Source: Solirubrobacterales bacterium
Lineage (GTDB): Bacteria; Actinomycetota; Thermoleophilia; Solirubrobacterales; JBBDJG01
Reading direction: 5' to 3'
Assembly (NCBI GenBank): GCA_038330145.1
Contig: JBBQNR010000004.1
Location: forward strand, 6,915 to 70,914
DNA: 64,000 nucleotides
A model generated the notes under the pieces. That model was not told where the DNA came from. It did no database searches and was given only the letters and a program-made list of their open reading frames with translations. Position numbers and translations under genes: made by a program. Positions within the stretch are counted from its first letter, which is position 1. The number at the start of each line of letters is the position of its first letter. Positions 24,635 through 34,658 of this stretch are shown piece after piece.

Positions 24635-25761
24635 GCCCTGTCGCGCAGGGCGCGCTCGTAGGCCTCGAACGTGCCGTGGGCGGCGTCGCGCCAGCTGTAG
24701 TGGGAGGCGTGCTCGCGTCCGCGAGCGCGCAACGAGTCGTCGTCGAGGGCCGCAACGATTGCGGCCGCCGCCGAGCCGGGGTCGTGCGGATCGAAATAGA
24801 GCACCGCGTCGCCGCACACCTCTCGCAGGACGGGAATGTCGGAGCACGCCACCGGAACCGCTCGCTGCATCGCCTCCAGAACCGGCAATCCAAATCCCTC
24901 GGCAAGGGTCGGGAACGCGAAGCACCCGGCCAGTCGCCAGAGCGTCTCGAGCTCGTCGTCGGCCACGTAGCCGGGGAACCGCACCCTCGCCGCCACGCCG
25001 TACTCCTGCGCAAGCGTGCGCAGCAGCTGCTCGTAGGGCTCGGGATGACCGGCCAGCACCAGCACGACGTCGTTCGGCAGCTGCGGCAACGCGCGGATCA
25101 GCAGCTCCTGGTTCTTGTGCGGGCGCTTTGCCGCCACGCACAGCACCACGCGAGAGTTGCCGAGCGCATGGCGCTCCCGCAGCTCGGCCTCGGGCGCCGG
25201 CTCGACGTCGGCCGGGCGGCCGACGCCGTGCGGGACGATCGAGAAGGCCGACGGGTCGAGGCCGAGCACCGAGCAGATCTCGTCGCGAACCGCACCGGCC
25301 GCGGTGATCAGCGCGCTCGCCCTGCGGGCGGCTCGTGCCGTGATCTGGCGCATGCCCACCGTGGTGACGAGGCCGAAGGTGCGGTGCCTGAAGAAGGTGA
25401 CGTCGTGGAGGGTGATGACGGAGGGCGCCCCCGCCCGGATCGGCGCAACCGTCGCCAGGCTGTGAACGAGGTCCCAATCGCGGCGACGGGCCAGGCTCGG
25501 CAGCAGCGCCTGCTCGGCCAGCGCCCGGCGCAGGCGCTGGCCCTCGTCCACCGGCAGCGTCAGCAGCTCGACCTGATCCCTCCAGCCGTCCCTCTCCAGC
25601 GCGGCCGCTCCCCTGCGCGTGGTGACGACCGTGAAGCGCGTGCCGGGGTACTCCGAGACAAGCGCGGGCGCGAGTTGTCGAAGGTACGTCTCAGGACCGC
25701 CGGAGACGCCGGGGTCGAGGAAAAGTGCGTTCAGCGCGACGCTGCGAATCGGACTTCTCAC
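24631..25761 (-). CDS. Family 4 glycosyltransferase
   Basis: VALNALFLDPGVSGGPETY, then VLCVAAKRPHKNQELLI and AFPTLAEGFGLPVLEAMQRAVPVACSDIPVLREVCGD. Confidence 0.85.
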   Translation of the reverse strand: MRSPIRSVALNALFLDPGVSGGPETYLRQLAPALVSEYPGTRFTVVTTRRGAAALERDGWRDQVELLTLPVDEGQRLRRALAEQALLPSLARRRDWDLVHSLATVAPIRAGAPSVITLHDVTFFRHRTFGLVTTVGMRQITARAARRASALITAAGAVRDEICSVLGLDPSAFSIVPHGVGRPADVEPAPEAELRERHALGNSRVVLCVAAKRPHKNQELLIRALPQLPNDVVLVLAGHPEPYEQLLRTLAQEYGVAARVRFPGYVADDELETLWRLAGCFAFPTLAEGFGLPVLEAMQRAVPVACSDIPVLREVCGDAVLYFDPHDPGSAAAAIVAALDDDSLRARGREHASHYSWRDAAHGTFEAYERALRDRA

Positions 25762-25787
25762 GCGGGCGGTACCGTAACCGCTGCCGG

Positions 25788-26381
25788 ATGGGTTACTTCG
25801 ACTGGCACGAGCAGCCCGGTTACTACCGGGACGTGACGCGCCACTTCGCCGCCGACGCCGAGATCCTCGACGTCGGCTGCGGGAGCGCGTGGCTCGCCGA
25901 CCACTTCGCCAACTACACGGGCGTCGACGGCGCGCCAGAGGCGGTCGCGGCCGCTCACGAGCGCGGCCGTGCTGCCGCGCTGGTGAATGTGGAGGAGGGG
26001 TTGCCGTTCGAGGATTCGAGCTTCGACGGCGTCATCCTCAAGGACGTGCTCGAGCACCTCGACGACGCCGTCGCCGCCGTGCGCGAGGTGCGCCGTGTCC
26101 TGAGACCGGGCGGGCAGGTGTTCGCCTCGTCCCCCGACGCGCAGCGCTGGGTGTGGGACGACTACACGCACGTGCGCCCCTTCACGCGCAAGTCGTTCCG
26201 GTTGCTGTTCGCGGACCAGGGATTCGATGTCGAGCGGGTCAGCTACGAGATGGTCGCCCCCGGCACCGGCGTGATCTCGCGCTACACGAGGCGCAAGCGG
26301 CGCCCGATGCTGCTCTCCCTGCTGGCATGGCTGCCGTTCATGCGGCGCAACGTCTGGGTGCTGGCGTCGCGCCCGCGTTAG
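25788..26381 (+). CDS. Class I SAM-dependent methyltransferase
   Basis: ILDVGCGSAWLA, GVD, and FDGVILKDVLEHL.D...A..EV.RVLRPGG. The ATG is 26 nt from the divergent GT4 start. Confidence 0.8.
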   Translation: MGYFDWHEQPGYYRDVTRHFAADAEILDVGCGSAWLADHFANYTGVDGAPEAVAAAHERGRAAALVNVEEGLPFEDSSFDGVILKDVLEHLDDAVAAVREVRRVLRPGGQVFASSPDAQRWVWDDYTHVRPFTRKSFRLLFADQGFDVERVSYEMVAPGTGVISRYTRRKRRPMLLSLLAWLPFMRRNVWVLASRPR

Positions 26382-26416
26382 CGGTCCTGAGGCAGGTCAG
26401 TTAGCGCCGGCGGTCG

Positions 26417-26489
26417 GTCGGAAACGCTCCGCAAGTGGCTTCGTCGGAACGCTCGGCCGGTGGCGCTTCGCGGAACGCTCGCTTAGCGG
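26417..26489. repeat. Imperfect direct repeats of about 26 bp (2.5 copies) in a convergent intergenic spacer
   Basis: tcggaaacgctc..gtggcttcg / tcggaacgctc..gtggcgcttcg / gcggaacgctc. The core GGAA(A)CGCTC occurs three times, about 26 nt apart. Confidence 0.4.
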
Positions 26490-27655
26490 TAGGCCTCTTC
26501 GACCGCGGCCAGTGAGCTCTCGATCGACAGCTCGTGCTCGTGCTCGCGATACCAGCGCAGGGTCGAGCGGCGCAGGGCCTGGCCGGCGTCGATGGCGTCG
26601 AGCACGCGCGCCGCAACCTGCTCGGGTTCGGCGGAGACGGCGATGAAGCCGTTCACGCCCGGCTCGATCAGCTCGGTTGCAGCGTTGTCCGGGCTGTCCA
26701 CGACCACCGCGGGCGTGCCGAGCGCGACCGCCTCGACCACCACCAGCCCGTAGCCCTCTCGCATCGACGGCAGCAGCACGCAGGCCGCCGCCGCCATTCC
26801 CTGCCTGACCTGGTCCGCCGACGCCCGGCCCGGCAGCTCGACCGCGCCGTCGAGTCCCAGCTCGGCGACGCGCCGGCGCACCGCCTCCAGCTCGGGTCCG
26901 TCGCCGAACATCACGCAGCGCAGCTCCGGGCTTCGCCGCCGCGCGGCCGCCACCACGTCGGGCACGATCCTGACCCGCTTCTCGGGGATGTGACGGCCCG
27001 CGAACACGACCAGAGGTGCTCGCGCGGCATCGGCATCTGCCTCGGCGGTGCCCCCGTCCCCGCCCTCACCGTCGGACGCCGAGCCGCCGGCGTAGATGCC
27101 GGTCAACCGCGTCAGCGGCGCGCGGTGCCCCTGCTCCAGCAGCCGCCGCTCGTGCAGACGCGAGAAGGCGAAGCTGCGATCGGGCAGCCGTATGCAGAAG
27201 CGCTGCACGGCGTGGCCGATTCGTCCTCCGCCGGGCCCGAGGTACTCGATCCAGTAGTCGCGGCTCCAGAGCTCGAACCAGTCCACCACCAGCCGCCCCC
27301 GGCGGCGGATCCGCATCGCGAGCCAGGCACCGACCAGCGAGAAGTACGGGAACGAGCAGCTGTGCACGACGTCGTAGCGGCCTCCGTGGCGCAGCAGGTG
27401 CCAGAAGACTCCGATCCCGAAACGCACCGGCGGCCAGATCCGGCGCCTGCCCGAGCGCGTATAGAGGCTCGCCGCTCCGCTGACCGCGATCGTGCGGAAG
27501 GGTGTCTCCGGGCCGCGCTCCCGATCCCACTGGAGCCGCGTCAGATAGGTGACCTCGTGCCGGCCCTCGAGCCGCTCGGCCAGGGCGCGGTACCAGCGCT
27601 CCGCTCCTCCGACGGTGTTCGGGTACAGGCAGTCGTAGACGATCGCGATCCGCAC
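26483..27655 (-). CDS. Family 4 glycosyltransferase
   Basis: VRIAIVYDCLYPNTVGGAERWY, then VVFAGRHIPEKRV and LLPSMREGYGLVVVEAVALGTPAVVVDSPDNAATELI. GTG 27655 was chosen as the start; TTG 27664 is possible. Confidence 0.8.
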   Translation of the reverse strand: MRIAIVYDCLYPNTVGGAERWYRALAERLEGRHEVTYLTRLQWDRERGPETPFRTIAVSGAASLYTRSGRRRIWPPVRFGIGVFWHLLRHGGRYDVVHSCSFPYFSLVGAWLAMRIRRRGRLVVDWFELWSRDYWIEYLGPGGGRIGHAVQRFCIRLPDRSFAFSRLHERRLLEQGHRAPLTRLTGIYAGGSASDGEGGDGGTAEADADAARAPLVVFAGRHIPEKRVRIVPDVVAAARRRSPELRCVMFGDGPELEAVRRRVAELGLDGAVELPGRASADQVRQGMAAAACVLLPSMREGYGLVVVEAVALGTPAVVVDSPDNAATELIEPGVNGFIAVSAEPEQVAARVLDAIDAGQALRRSTLRWYREHEHELSIESSLAAVEEAYR

Positions 27656-27721
27656 GGATCGCAACTCTACGGGTGCCTGGCGGTCGGGACCGCGGCCTGG
27701 GCTACGATTTCGGGGAGCCGG

Positions 27722-28900
27722 ATGGCCACCACAACCCAGAGCGCCACTCAACAGCCCGGCCAGGAAACTCTCGACGTCTCCGTCGTGATCCCGTGCCTGA
27801 ACGAGGCCGAGACGATTGCGACCTGCATTCGCAAGGCCAAGCGCTCGATGGAGCGCGACGGCCTCAGCGGTGAGGTAATCGTGGTCGACAACGGCTCCAG
27901 CGACGGGTCGGACGTGATCGCCGCCGACGAGGGCGCCCGCGTCGTGCGCGAGTCGCGGCGCGGCTACGGCAACGCCTACCTGGCCGGCTTCGCCAGCGCG
28001 GAGGGCCGCTACATCGTGATGGCCGACGGCGACGACACCTACGACTTCGACCTGGTCGGGCGGTTCGTCCAGCCTCTGCAGGAAGGCGCGGACATGGTGA
28101 TGGGGTCACGCCTGAAGGGGACGATCCACAAGGGAGCGATGCCGCCGCTGCACCGCTACCTCGGCAACCCCGTGCTGACCGGGCTGCTGAACCTGATGTA
28201 CCGCAGCGGCGTCAGCGATGCGCACTGCGGCATGCGCGCGTTCCGGCGCGACGCGCTGGAGCGGCTCGATCTGCGCATGCCCGGGATGGAGTTCGCGTCC
28301 GAGATGGTGATCAGGGCCTCGAAGGCCGGCCTTCAGATCGAGGAGATCCCGATCGAGTACCACCCTCGCAAGGGCGAGTCGAAGCTGAACTCGTTCCGGG
28401 ACGGCTGGCGGCATCTTCGCTTCCTGCTCGTTCACAGCCCGACGCACCTGTTCCTGATCCCGGGTCTGCTGCTGTGCTTCTTCGGCGTGGTCGGGATGGC
28501 AGCGGTGCTGGCCAACCTCAGCTTCCTCGGCCGGCAGTGGGACCTGCACGCGATGATCGCCGCCTCGATGGTGACGATCGCCGGAGGCCAGGTCGTCGCC
28601 CTCGGCCTGGTTGCGCGCGCCTATGGCGTGCACCACCTCGGCGACCGCGACCCGATGTTCGAGCGCTGGGAGAGCCGCTACCGGCTCGAGCACGGCCTGC
28701 TCGCGGGCGCGATGCTGCTGCTCGCTGGGCTCACGATCGCCACCGTCGTGCTGGTCAAGTGGTTCGATCGCGGCCTGGGAGCGCTGGGCGAGGAGCAGCT
28801 GGCGGTGCTGTCGCTGACGCTGATCGTGATCGGAATGCAGGTGGTGTTCACCTCGTTCCTGATCAGCATCGTGGGCCTTCGGCGCCGCACCGATACCTGA
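27722..28900 (+). CDS. Family 2 glycosyltransferase of the polyprenyl-phosphate sugar synthase type (GtrB/DPM1/ArnC-like), with about four C-terminal TM helices
   Basis: VSVVIPCLNEAETI, EVIVVDNGSSDGS, RGYGNAY, the DxD motif MADGDDTYD, and MGSRLKG......MPPLHRYLGNP. Hydrophobic helices follow (HLFLIPGLLLCFFGVVGMAAV..). Only the last 392 codons of the 788-aa track ORF are real. Confidence 0.8.
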   Translation: MATTTQSATQQPGQETLDVSVVIPCLNEAETIATCIRKAKRSMERDGLSGEVIVVDNGSSDGSDVIAADEGARVVRESRRGYGNAYLAGFASAEGRYIVMADGDDTYDFDLVGRFVQPLQEGADMVMGSRLKGTIHKGAMPPLHRYLGNPVLTGLLNLMYRSGVSDAHCGMRAFRRDALERLDLRMPGMEFASEMVIRASKAGLQIEEIPIEYHPRKGESKLNSFRDGWRHLRFLLVHSPTHLFLIPGLLLCFFGVVGMAAVLANLSFLGRQWDLHAMIAASMVTIAGGQVVALGLVARAYGVHHLGDRDPMFERWESRYRLEHGLLAGAMLLLAGLTIATVVLVKWFDRGLGALGEEQLAVLSLTLIVIGMQVVFTSFLISIVGLRRRTDT

Positions 28901-28916
28901 GCCCGACCGGGCATCG

Positions 28917-31277
28917 ATGAGCATGCTCCTGGCCTGGCTGGCCTTCCCGCTGCTGCTGTGCCTGCTCTGCCTGGGTTGCGGGTTGGTGGTGCAGCTGCTG
29001 TCCGGCTGCGACATCCCCGGCCCGCTGCTGATCCCGCTCGGCTTTGCGCTGATCGTGGTCGCCGCCCAGGCGATGGTCTGGGGCCCGAGTCCGTCACTGG
29101 CGACACCGCTCGTGATCGCGCTGGCCGTGGCGGGGCTGGTGGCAGGCAGCGGGCGCCTGCTCGAGCTGTCTCCCGATGGCTGGGCCGCCGGGGCCGCGGC
29201 CGGCGTGTTCGCGGTCTTCGCCGCCCCCGTCGTGCTCTCCGGCGACGCAACCTTTGCCGGTTACACGGTGCTCGGGGACACCTCGATCCATTTCATCCTC
29301 GTCGACCAGCTGATGGACCACGGTCGCGATCTCTCGGGGCTGCCCCCGTCGTCCTACAAAGCGGCGCTGGCCGCCTACTTCGACACCGCCTATCCGGTCG
29401 GAGCGCACGTCGCACTCGGCGCGGTGCGACCGTTGGTGGGCCAGGACGTGGCCTGGGTGTTCCAGCCCTTCCTCGCCCTGCTGGCGGCGATGCTGTCGCT
29501 GTCGCTGTATTCGCTGCTGGACGGCATCGTCGAGCGGCGCGCGTTGCGGGCGGCGATCGCGCTGCTGGCCGCGCAGCCCGCCCTGGTCTACGCCTACGCG
29601 CTCCAGGGCAGCATCAAGGAGCTGGCGACGGTGGCGGTCGTCGCGACCCTGCTTGCACTGGTACCGCTGACAGTGGGGGAGGGAGGCCCGCGCAGGCTGG
29701 TGCCGCTGGCGATCGCCTCCGCCGCGGCGCTGGCGGTGCTGGGGCCGGCCGTGGCGCCCTGGCTCGTCCCGCTGCTGCTGGCCTGCGCGGTGGTGCTCGC
29801 GTGGCACAGGCGCCCTCGCTGGTTGGCTCCCACCGCCCGCGACGCTGGCTTCCTGCTCGCGCTGGCGGGGGCTCTTTCGCTGCCGGTGCTGACACAGGCC
29901 GCCGACTTCGTGCGCGAGAACGGCGACACGGCCACGAGCCAGAGCGAGCTTGGCAACCTGCTCGGCCCGCTGGACCGCCTGCAGGCGGTCGGGATCTGGC
30001 TCGAGGGCGACTACCGCCTGAAGCTCGCGGGCGGCATGCTGACGCTCTCGAGGCTGCTGATCGCGCTCGCGATCGCGGCCGCTGTCGCCGGCGCCGTCTG
30101 GGCGCTGCGCCGCCGCGCCTGGCTGCCGCTGCTCTACCTCGGCATCTCGCTCGTCGCGTGGCTCTCGGTCACGTCGCAGGGCTCGCCCTGGGCCGACGCC
30201 AAGGCACTCATGATCGTCTCTCCTCCGATCCTGCTGATGGCGTTGCTGGGAGCGGCTGCATTGGCGCAGGTGGGCAGGGTGCTGCCGGCGTGGCTGCTGG
30301 TCGCCGCGATCGGAGTCGGGGTGGTGTGGTCGAACGCGCTCGCCTACCACGACGCCCACCTCGCGCCGCGCGACCGGCTGGTCGAGCTGGGCGACGTCGG
30401 CGAGCGGCTGGAGGGCGACGGGCCGACGCTGTACCTGGAGTTCGAGGAGTTCGCCAAGCACTTCCTGCGCGACGCGCAGCCGACCGCCTGGAGCGAGCCG
30501 TGGGAGGTTCGCCCGGGCGCGCCGCGCGGGCGCTTCGGCTTCGAGGGCGACAGCGACCAGGTGCCGCTGTCGTACCTGGAGAGCTTTCGGACGCTGGTGC
30601 TGCGGCGCTCGCCCTCGGCCAGCCGGCCGCCGGCGTCCTTCCGGCTCGTGTGGAGAGGCGACGACTACGAGGTCTGGCGCCCCGGCGGGTCACCTGACGT
30701 CGAGCGCCACCTTCCGCTTGGCGGAGGCCTTCAGCCCGGCGCCGTCGCTAGCTGCGGCCGGCTGCCGCGCGCGTTCACGCGGCCGGCGGGTCGTTCGTTG
30801 CTGTACGTGCGGCGCCGGCGACTGCTGGTTGCCAGCCCGGCTCAGGCGTCGCGGCCGAGCTCGTGGGCGGTCGATGCCGACGACCCGCTGTCGGTGCGCG
30901 CGTCCGGCTCCGGACGCGCGACGCAAACGCTCGCGGTGCCGGCGGACACCGCCTACGACGTCTGGCTCCAGGGCTCGTTCGGGCGCGAGACCAGTGTCGC
31001 GATCGACGGCAGGGCAGTTGGGAGTGTCAGCTACGAGCTGAACGGAAGAGGCGAGTTCGCGCACCTCGGCCGCGCCCGCGTGTCGCGCGGGCGGCACACG
31101 CTGACCGTTACCCGCGCCGGCGGCGACCTGCGGCCCGGCAACGGCGGTGGCCAGCTGCTGGGTCCCGTCGTGATGGTGCCCGTATCGGCCACAGGACCCG
31201 ACGTGGTGCGCAGCGCCCGCAGCGCGCGCGACCTTTGCGGCAAGCGGGTCGATTGGCTCGAGCTGGCGCGGCGCTGA
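28917..31277 (+). CDS. Large polytopic membrane protein with a C-terminal extracytoplasmic domain (possible GT-C-type glycosyltransferase; family not recognised)
   Basis: 786 aa. The first 480 aa or so are a run of hydrophobic helices, followed by a soluble domain of about 300 aa. It starts 17 nt after the GtrB-like gene. Confidence 0.55.
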   Translation: MSMLLAWLAFPLLLCLLCLGCGLVVQLLSGCDIPGPLLIPLGFALIVVAAQAMVWGPSPSLATPLVIALAVAGLVAGSGRLLELSPDGWAAGAAAGVFAVFAAPVVLSGDATFAGYTVLGDTSIHFILVDQLMDHGRDLSGLPPSSYKAALAAYFDTAYPVGAHVALGAVRPLVGQDVAWVFQPFLALLAAMLSLSLYSLLDGIVERRALRAAIALLAAQPALVYAYALQGSIKELATVAVVATLLALVPLTVGEGGPRRLVPLAIASAAALAVLGPAVAPWLVPLLLACAVVLAWHRRPRWLAPTARDAGFLLALAGALSLPVLTQAADFVRENGDTATSQSELGNLLGPLDRLQAVGIWLEGDYRLKLAGGMLTLSRLLIALAIAAAVAGAVWALRRRAWLPLLYLGISLVAWLSVTSQGSPWADAKALMIVSPPILLMALLGAAALAQVGRVLPAWLLVAAIGVGVVWSNALAYHDAHLAPRDRLVELGDVGERLEGDGPTLYLEFEEFAKHFLRDAQPTAWSEPWEVRPGAPRGRFGFEGDSDQVPLSYLESFRTLVLRRSPSASRPPASFRLVWRGDDYEVWRPGGSPDVERHLPLGGGLQPGAVASCGRLPRAFTRPAGRSLLYVRRRRLLVASPAQASRPSSWAVDADDPLSVRASGSGRATQTLAVPADTAYDVWLQGSFGRETSVAIDGRAVGSVSYELNGRGEFAHLGRARVSRGRHTLTVTRAGGDLRPGNGGGQLLGPVVMVPVSATGPDVVRSARSARDLCGKRVDWLELARR

Positions 31278-31290
31278 AGCCTGGGCTGAA

Positions 31291-33411
31291 CTACGCAAAC
31301 GCGCTCGTGAACACGAACAGCTGCGACGTCGCGCTGAAGCCGACGACCAGCGTGACCGCGACCGCGAGTGCGGTGGGGAAGCGGCGCCGCCCAAAGGCCA
31401 GACAGGCCAACACGACCAGAGCGGCGTAGGCCGGTAGGGCCGTGAACACGTAGCGTCCCTGCTCGGCGATCGCCGGTCGTGGCGTCAGAGTCGTGAACGC
31501 GGCCTCGACTCCCATCACGACGCCGATCGCCACGGCGGCAAGCAGCAGCGCCTCACGCCACCTGGAGCGCACGGCGGGCCACTCGCGTCGCAGCGCGACC
31601 AGTGCCAGCGCGCCGGTTGCAGCCATGCCGGCCAGCGCGACGACATAGACCCAGCGCGGAAACAGCAACGCGATCCAGCCGAACGCTCCCCAGACACGCT
31701 CGACGTAGATGTGGAAGAAGGGAAACGTCTCCACGTGCAGATCGGTCATGAACGGCAGCGGAGGCAGAAAGACCTGCCACAGATAGGAGAGATAGCCGGT
31801 CGGGTTCTGGAGGATCGAGACGCTCTGGACCGGAGAGTCGCCGCTGGGCGTGGTGAACGTGTCGCGGTCGAAGAACCCCGAGAGCAGCACCCAGCTCAGC
31901 TCGACGGCCAGGAACGTGGCGGCGAATGCCAGCAGCGGCGTCAGCCGCCGCCGCTCGCGGTCGGTGACGAGCAGCGCGATCGCGAGCGCCGCGACGACGA
32001 AGAACGTGTACGCCGTGCCCTTGAACAGGGGAGCAAGCGCAAGCAGCGCGCCGGCGCCGGTGGCGACGGGCAGCGTCAGGCCTCGCCGCAGGGCGACGAT
32101 CAGCAACAGCAGCACACCGGCGGCAGCCGCGTTTACTCCCATGTCGTTGTTGACCGCGCCCGCCATGAACCCGAACATCGGCTGGAACGCGACCAGCAGC
32201 GCTCCAGCGACCCACGCGACCGGGTATCGCGGGAACAGTTCGGCCAGCGTCAGGAACACCAGCGCCACCACGAGCGCAGCCAGCAGCGTCGAGGTGAGCC
32301 GCATTGCCTCGAGCTGCGAGAACGGAGATTGGCCGCGCGTGGCGAGATAGCCGGGCGCAAGCAGCCCGTAGTAGGCGGGGGCGTGAACGGTCGCGGAGGT
32401 GGCGCCGCCACCGTTGTCGCGCGCCGGGGGCGGTCGCAGCGCGGCGGCAAGGCGCTCCCACTGGCGCTCCTGGGCCGCTGACCAGGGTGGCTTGCCGTCC
32501 GGGCCTTCCTGGTAGAGGTAGATGCGCACGGCCTGAAGGGCGAGGGATTGCTGGTCCGACAGTGGCAGGCGCTCGTCCGGCGAGGCGGAGGGAGCCTTTC
32601 CGGTCTCGGCCAGGTACTGGGCATAGGCAAAATGCTCGGGCTCGTCGGGCGCGTCGAAGGCCGGCGTGATCAGGCCCCAGACGATCCCGTTGACCAGCGC
32701 GAGCAGCGTCACGCCCAGCATCAGCCGCCGCGGGCGCCGCCACGGCGCCACGGCCAGCAGGCGGATCGCCGAGAACCAGAGCGCCGGTATCGCGACCGCG
32801 AGCAGCAGCACGTAGGTCCACGGCCCGACGATGCCGGGGCGGAAGAGGGCGGCGCGGTCGACGGCGTCGTCCAGGCGCGAAGCCAGGCTGGAGCGCTTGC
32901 CCGCCGGCGGGCGGAACCAGACCGCGACGCGCCCGTCGAGCCGGCGGCCGCCCAGCAGCGGAGCCGGATCGCGATCCAGGCCGGCGACGCCCCTGAAGTC
33001 GAGCGGACCCTGCAGCGGCCTGACGCACACCGTGCCGGTCGCGGCGGCGGAACCTGGCGCAGCGGGACCGATCGGTATCGCAAGCTTGTGCGACCCCGTT
33101 GCGGCATCGCGCACCGACCCGGTCTGCACGCCCGCGGCCGTTCGCACTCGCGTCTCGACCAGCCCGGTCGCCGCCGGCGCGGCGACGTCGAACTCGACCC
33201 GACCCGTGCCGGCCGGGACCGAGAGTTCCGGCACGCAGAGCTCCGACCCCGGCGGCACCGTCGCCACCACCGACCTTCCGCGCACGCTGTTGGTGCCGGT
33301 ATAGAAGTCGCGCGGGATCAGCAGTTGCCAGGCGATCAGCGCCAGCATCGCGGCGCTCACCACAGCGGCGGCGCGCCAGACGCGTGCGTCACCGGCGACG
33401 ATGCGTCTCAA
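31291..33411 (-). CDS. Large polytopic membrane protein, GT-C-like (DUF2142-like)
   Basis: 706 aa. An N-terminal TM helix is followed by a soluble domain of about 190 aa, then many helices. The first loop has an acidic motif typical of GT-C/ArnT/PMT-like enzymes (FDAPDEPEHFAYAQYL). The DUF2142 assignment is from memory. Confidence 0.55.
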   Translation of the reverse strand: MRRIVAGDARVWRAAAVVSAAMLALIAWQLLIPRDFYTGTNSVRGRSVVATVPPGSELCVPELSVPAGTGRVEFDVAAPAATGLVETRVRTAAGVQTGSVRDAATGSHKLAIPIGPAAPGSAAATGTVCVRPLQGPLDFRGVAGLDRDPAPLLGGRRLDGRVAVWFRPPAGKRSSLASRLDDAVDRAALFRPGIVGPWTYVLLLAVAIPALWFSAIRLLAVAPWRRPRRLMLGVTLLALVNGIVWGLITPAFDAPDEPEHFAYAQYLAETGKAPSASPDERLPLSDQQSLALQAVRIYLYQEGPDGKPPWSAAQERQWERLAAALRPPPARDNGGGATSATVHAPAYYGLLAPGYLATRGQSPFSQLEAMRLTSTLLAALVVALVFLTLAELFPRYPVAWVAGALLVAFQPMFGFMAGAVNNDMGVNAAAAGVLLLLIVALRRGLTLPVATGAGALLALAPLFKGTAYTFFVVAALAIALLVTDRERRRLTPLLAFAATFLAVELSWVLLSGFFDRDTFTTPSGDSPVQSVSILQNPTGYLSYLWQVFLPPLPFMTDLHVETFPFFHIYVERVWGAFGWIALLFPRWVYVVALAGMAATGALALVALRREWPAVRSRWREALLLAAVAIGVVMGVEAAFTTLTPRPAIAEQGRYVFTALPAYAALVVLACLAFGRRRFPTALAVAVTLVVGFSATSQLFVFTSAFA

Positions 33412-33459
33412 CGGCCTCGGGCGGGCTTCAAGCAGGGCTGCCGGGTTCGGGCCGGGCGC

Positions 33460-34548
33460 TCACGCGGACGGCAGGCCCCGGGCGGCGCCCTCCCAGGACT
33501 CCGCGTTCTGCTCGAAGATCTCGCGCAGCATCTCCTCGATCCCGTACCGGAGCCGCCAACCCGGGTAATCCTGCTCGAACTCGCTCAGGTCGCTGATCCA
33601 CCAGCGGTGATCTCCCATCCGCGCCTGGTCGGAGAGCCGCCAGTCGAGACGCCGGCCGGCGATGCTCTCGCAGCGCGTGATCGCCTCCAGCATCGAGCAG
33701 TTGCTGTAACGCCCTCCGCCGAGGTTGTAGACGGCGGCGGCGCGCGGCGAGCGATGAAAGGCTTCGAAGGCGGAGACGACGTCGGCACTGTGGATGTTGT
33801 CGCGCACCTGCTTGCCGCCATAGCCGTTGACCGTGTACGGCTCGCCCGTCACCGTGCACTTCATCAGGTAGGAGAGAAACCCGTGCAGTTGCGCGCCGGC
33901 ATGCTGGGGCCCGGTCAGGCAGCCGCCACGGAAGCAGACGGTCGGCATGTCGAAGTAGCGGCCGTACTCCTGCACCATCAGATCAGCTGCGGCTTTCGAG
34001 ACGCCGAACAGCGAGTGCATCGAACGGTCGATCGACATAGAGGTGTCAATCCCACGGTGGTATGGGTGGTCCTCGGGCAGCTCGAGCCGGGTGTCCGTCT
34101 CGATCAGCGGCAGCTGATTCGCGAGGTCGCCGTAGACCTTGTTCGTGGAGGTGAAGACGAACGTTGCGGCCGGAGCATGCCGGCGCGTGGACTCCAGCAG
34201 GTTGAGTGTGCCGTTGGCGTTGACGCCGAAGTCGGTCTGGGGGTCCGTCGCCGCCCAGTCGTGCGACGGCTGAGCCGCCGTGTGGACGATCAGCTCGAGC
34301 GACTTTGCGTTGTCCTGAAAGACCCGATCGACGCCGTCCGCGTCACGGATGTCCAGCGGCAGCCATCGAAAGCCGTCGTAGCGTTCGACGAGATCCTCGC
34401 TGACGGCGCGGGTGGAGGCATCGGGGCCGAAGAACTGAGCGCGCATGTCGTTCTCGATCCCGATCACGTCGAATCCGAGCTCGACGAAGTAGCGAACGGA
34501 CTCCGAGCCGATGAGGCCGCCTGAGCCTGTGACTATTGCTGTGGGCAT
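33460..34548 (-). CDS. Extended-SDR NAD-dependent epimerase/dehydratase (CDP-paratose 2-epimerase-like)
   Basis: [11 protein letters not shown] (GxxGxxG), STNKVYGD, the catalytic [11 protein letters not shown] (YxxxK-type position), and [10 protein letters not shown]. The overall architecture resembles RfbE-type CDP-sugar epimerases, but substrate specificity is not established. Confidence 0.75.
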   Translation of the reverse strand: MPTAIVTGSGGLIGSESVRYFVELGFDVIGIENDMRAQFFGPDASTRAVSEDLVERYDGFRWLPLDIRDADGVDRVFQDNAKSLELIVHTAAQPSHDWAATDPQTDFGVNANGTLNLLESTRRHAPAATFVFTSTNKVYGDLANQLPLIETDTRLELPEDHPYHRGIDTSMSIDRSMHSLFGVSKAAADLMVQEYGRYFDMPTVCFRGGCLTGPQHAGAQLHGFLSYLMKCTVTGEPYTVNGYGGKQVRDNIHSADVVSAFEAFHRSPRAAAVYNLGGGRYSNCSMLEAITRCESIAGRRLDWRLSDQARMGDHRWWISDLSEFEQDYPGWRLRYGIEEMLREIFEQNAESWEGAARGLPSA

Positions 34549-34658
34549 GACTGAGACTCTCTGACGAAATGCCCGGCGTGTCCGAGGGCAGGGTCGCGAC
34601 CAGGGCCGCTGTATAGCAGGTTCCCGCCCATGTCCCGGCAGCTAGGATTTCGCGCTCG

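Noticed and set aside
23756-25477. N-terminal extensions of the track ORFs 23756-25477, 40150-41847, 43256-44593, 26534-28900, 52790-54640 and 15516-16892
   Set aside because: In each case the upstream part overlaps a strongly supported gene in another frame and is compositionally junk. The real start lies at an internal ATG, GTG or TTG that abuts or overlaps the neighbour's stop codon.
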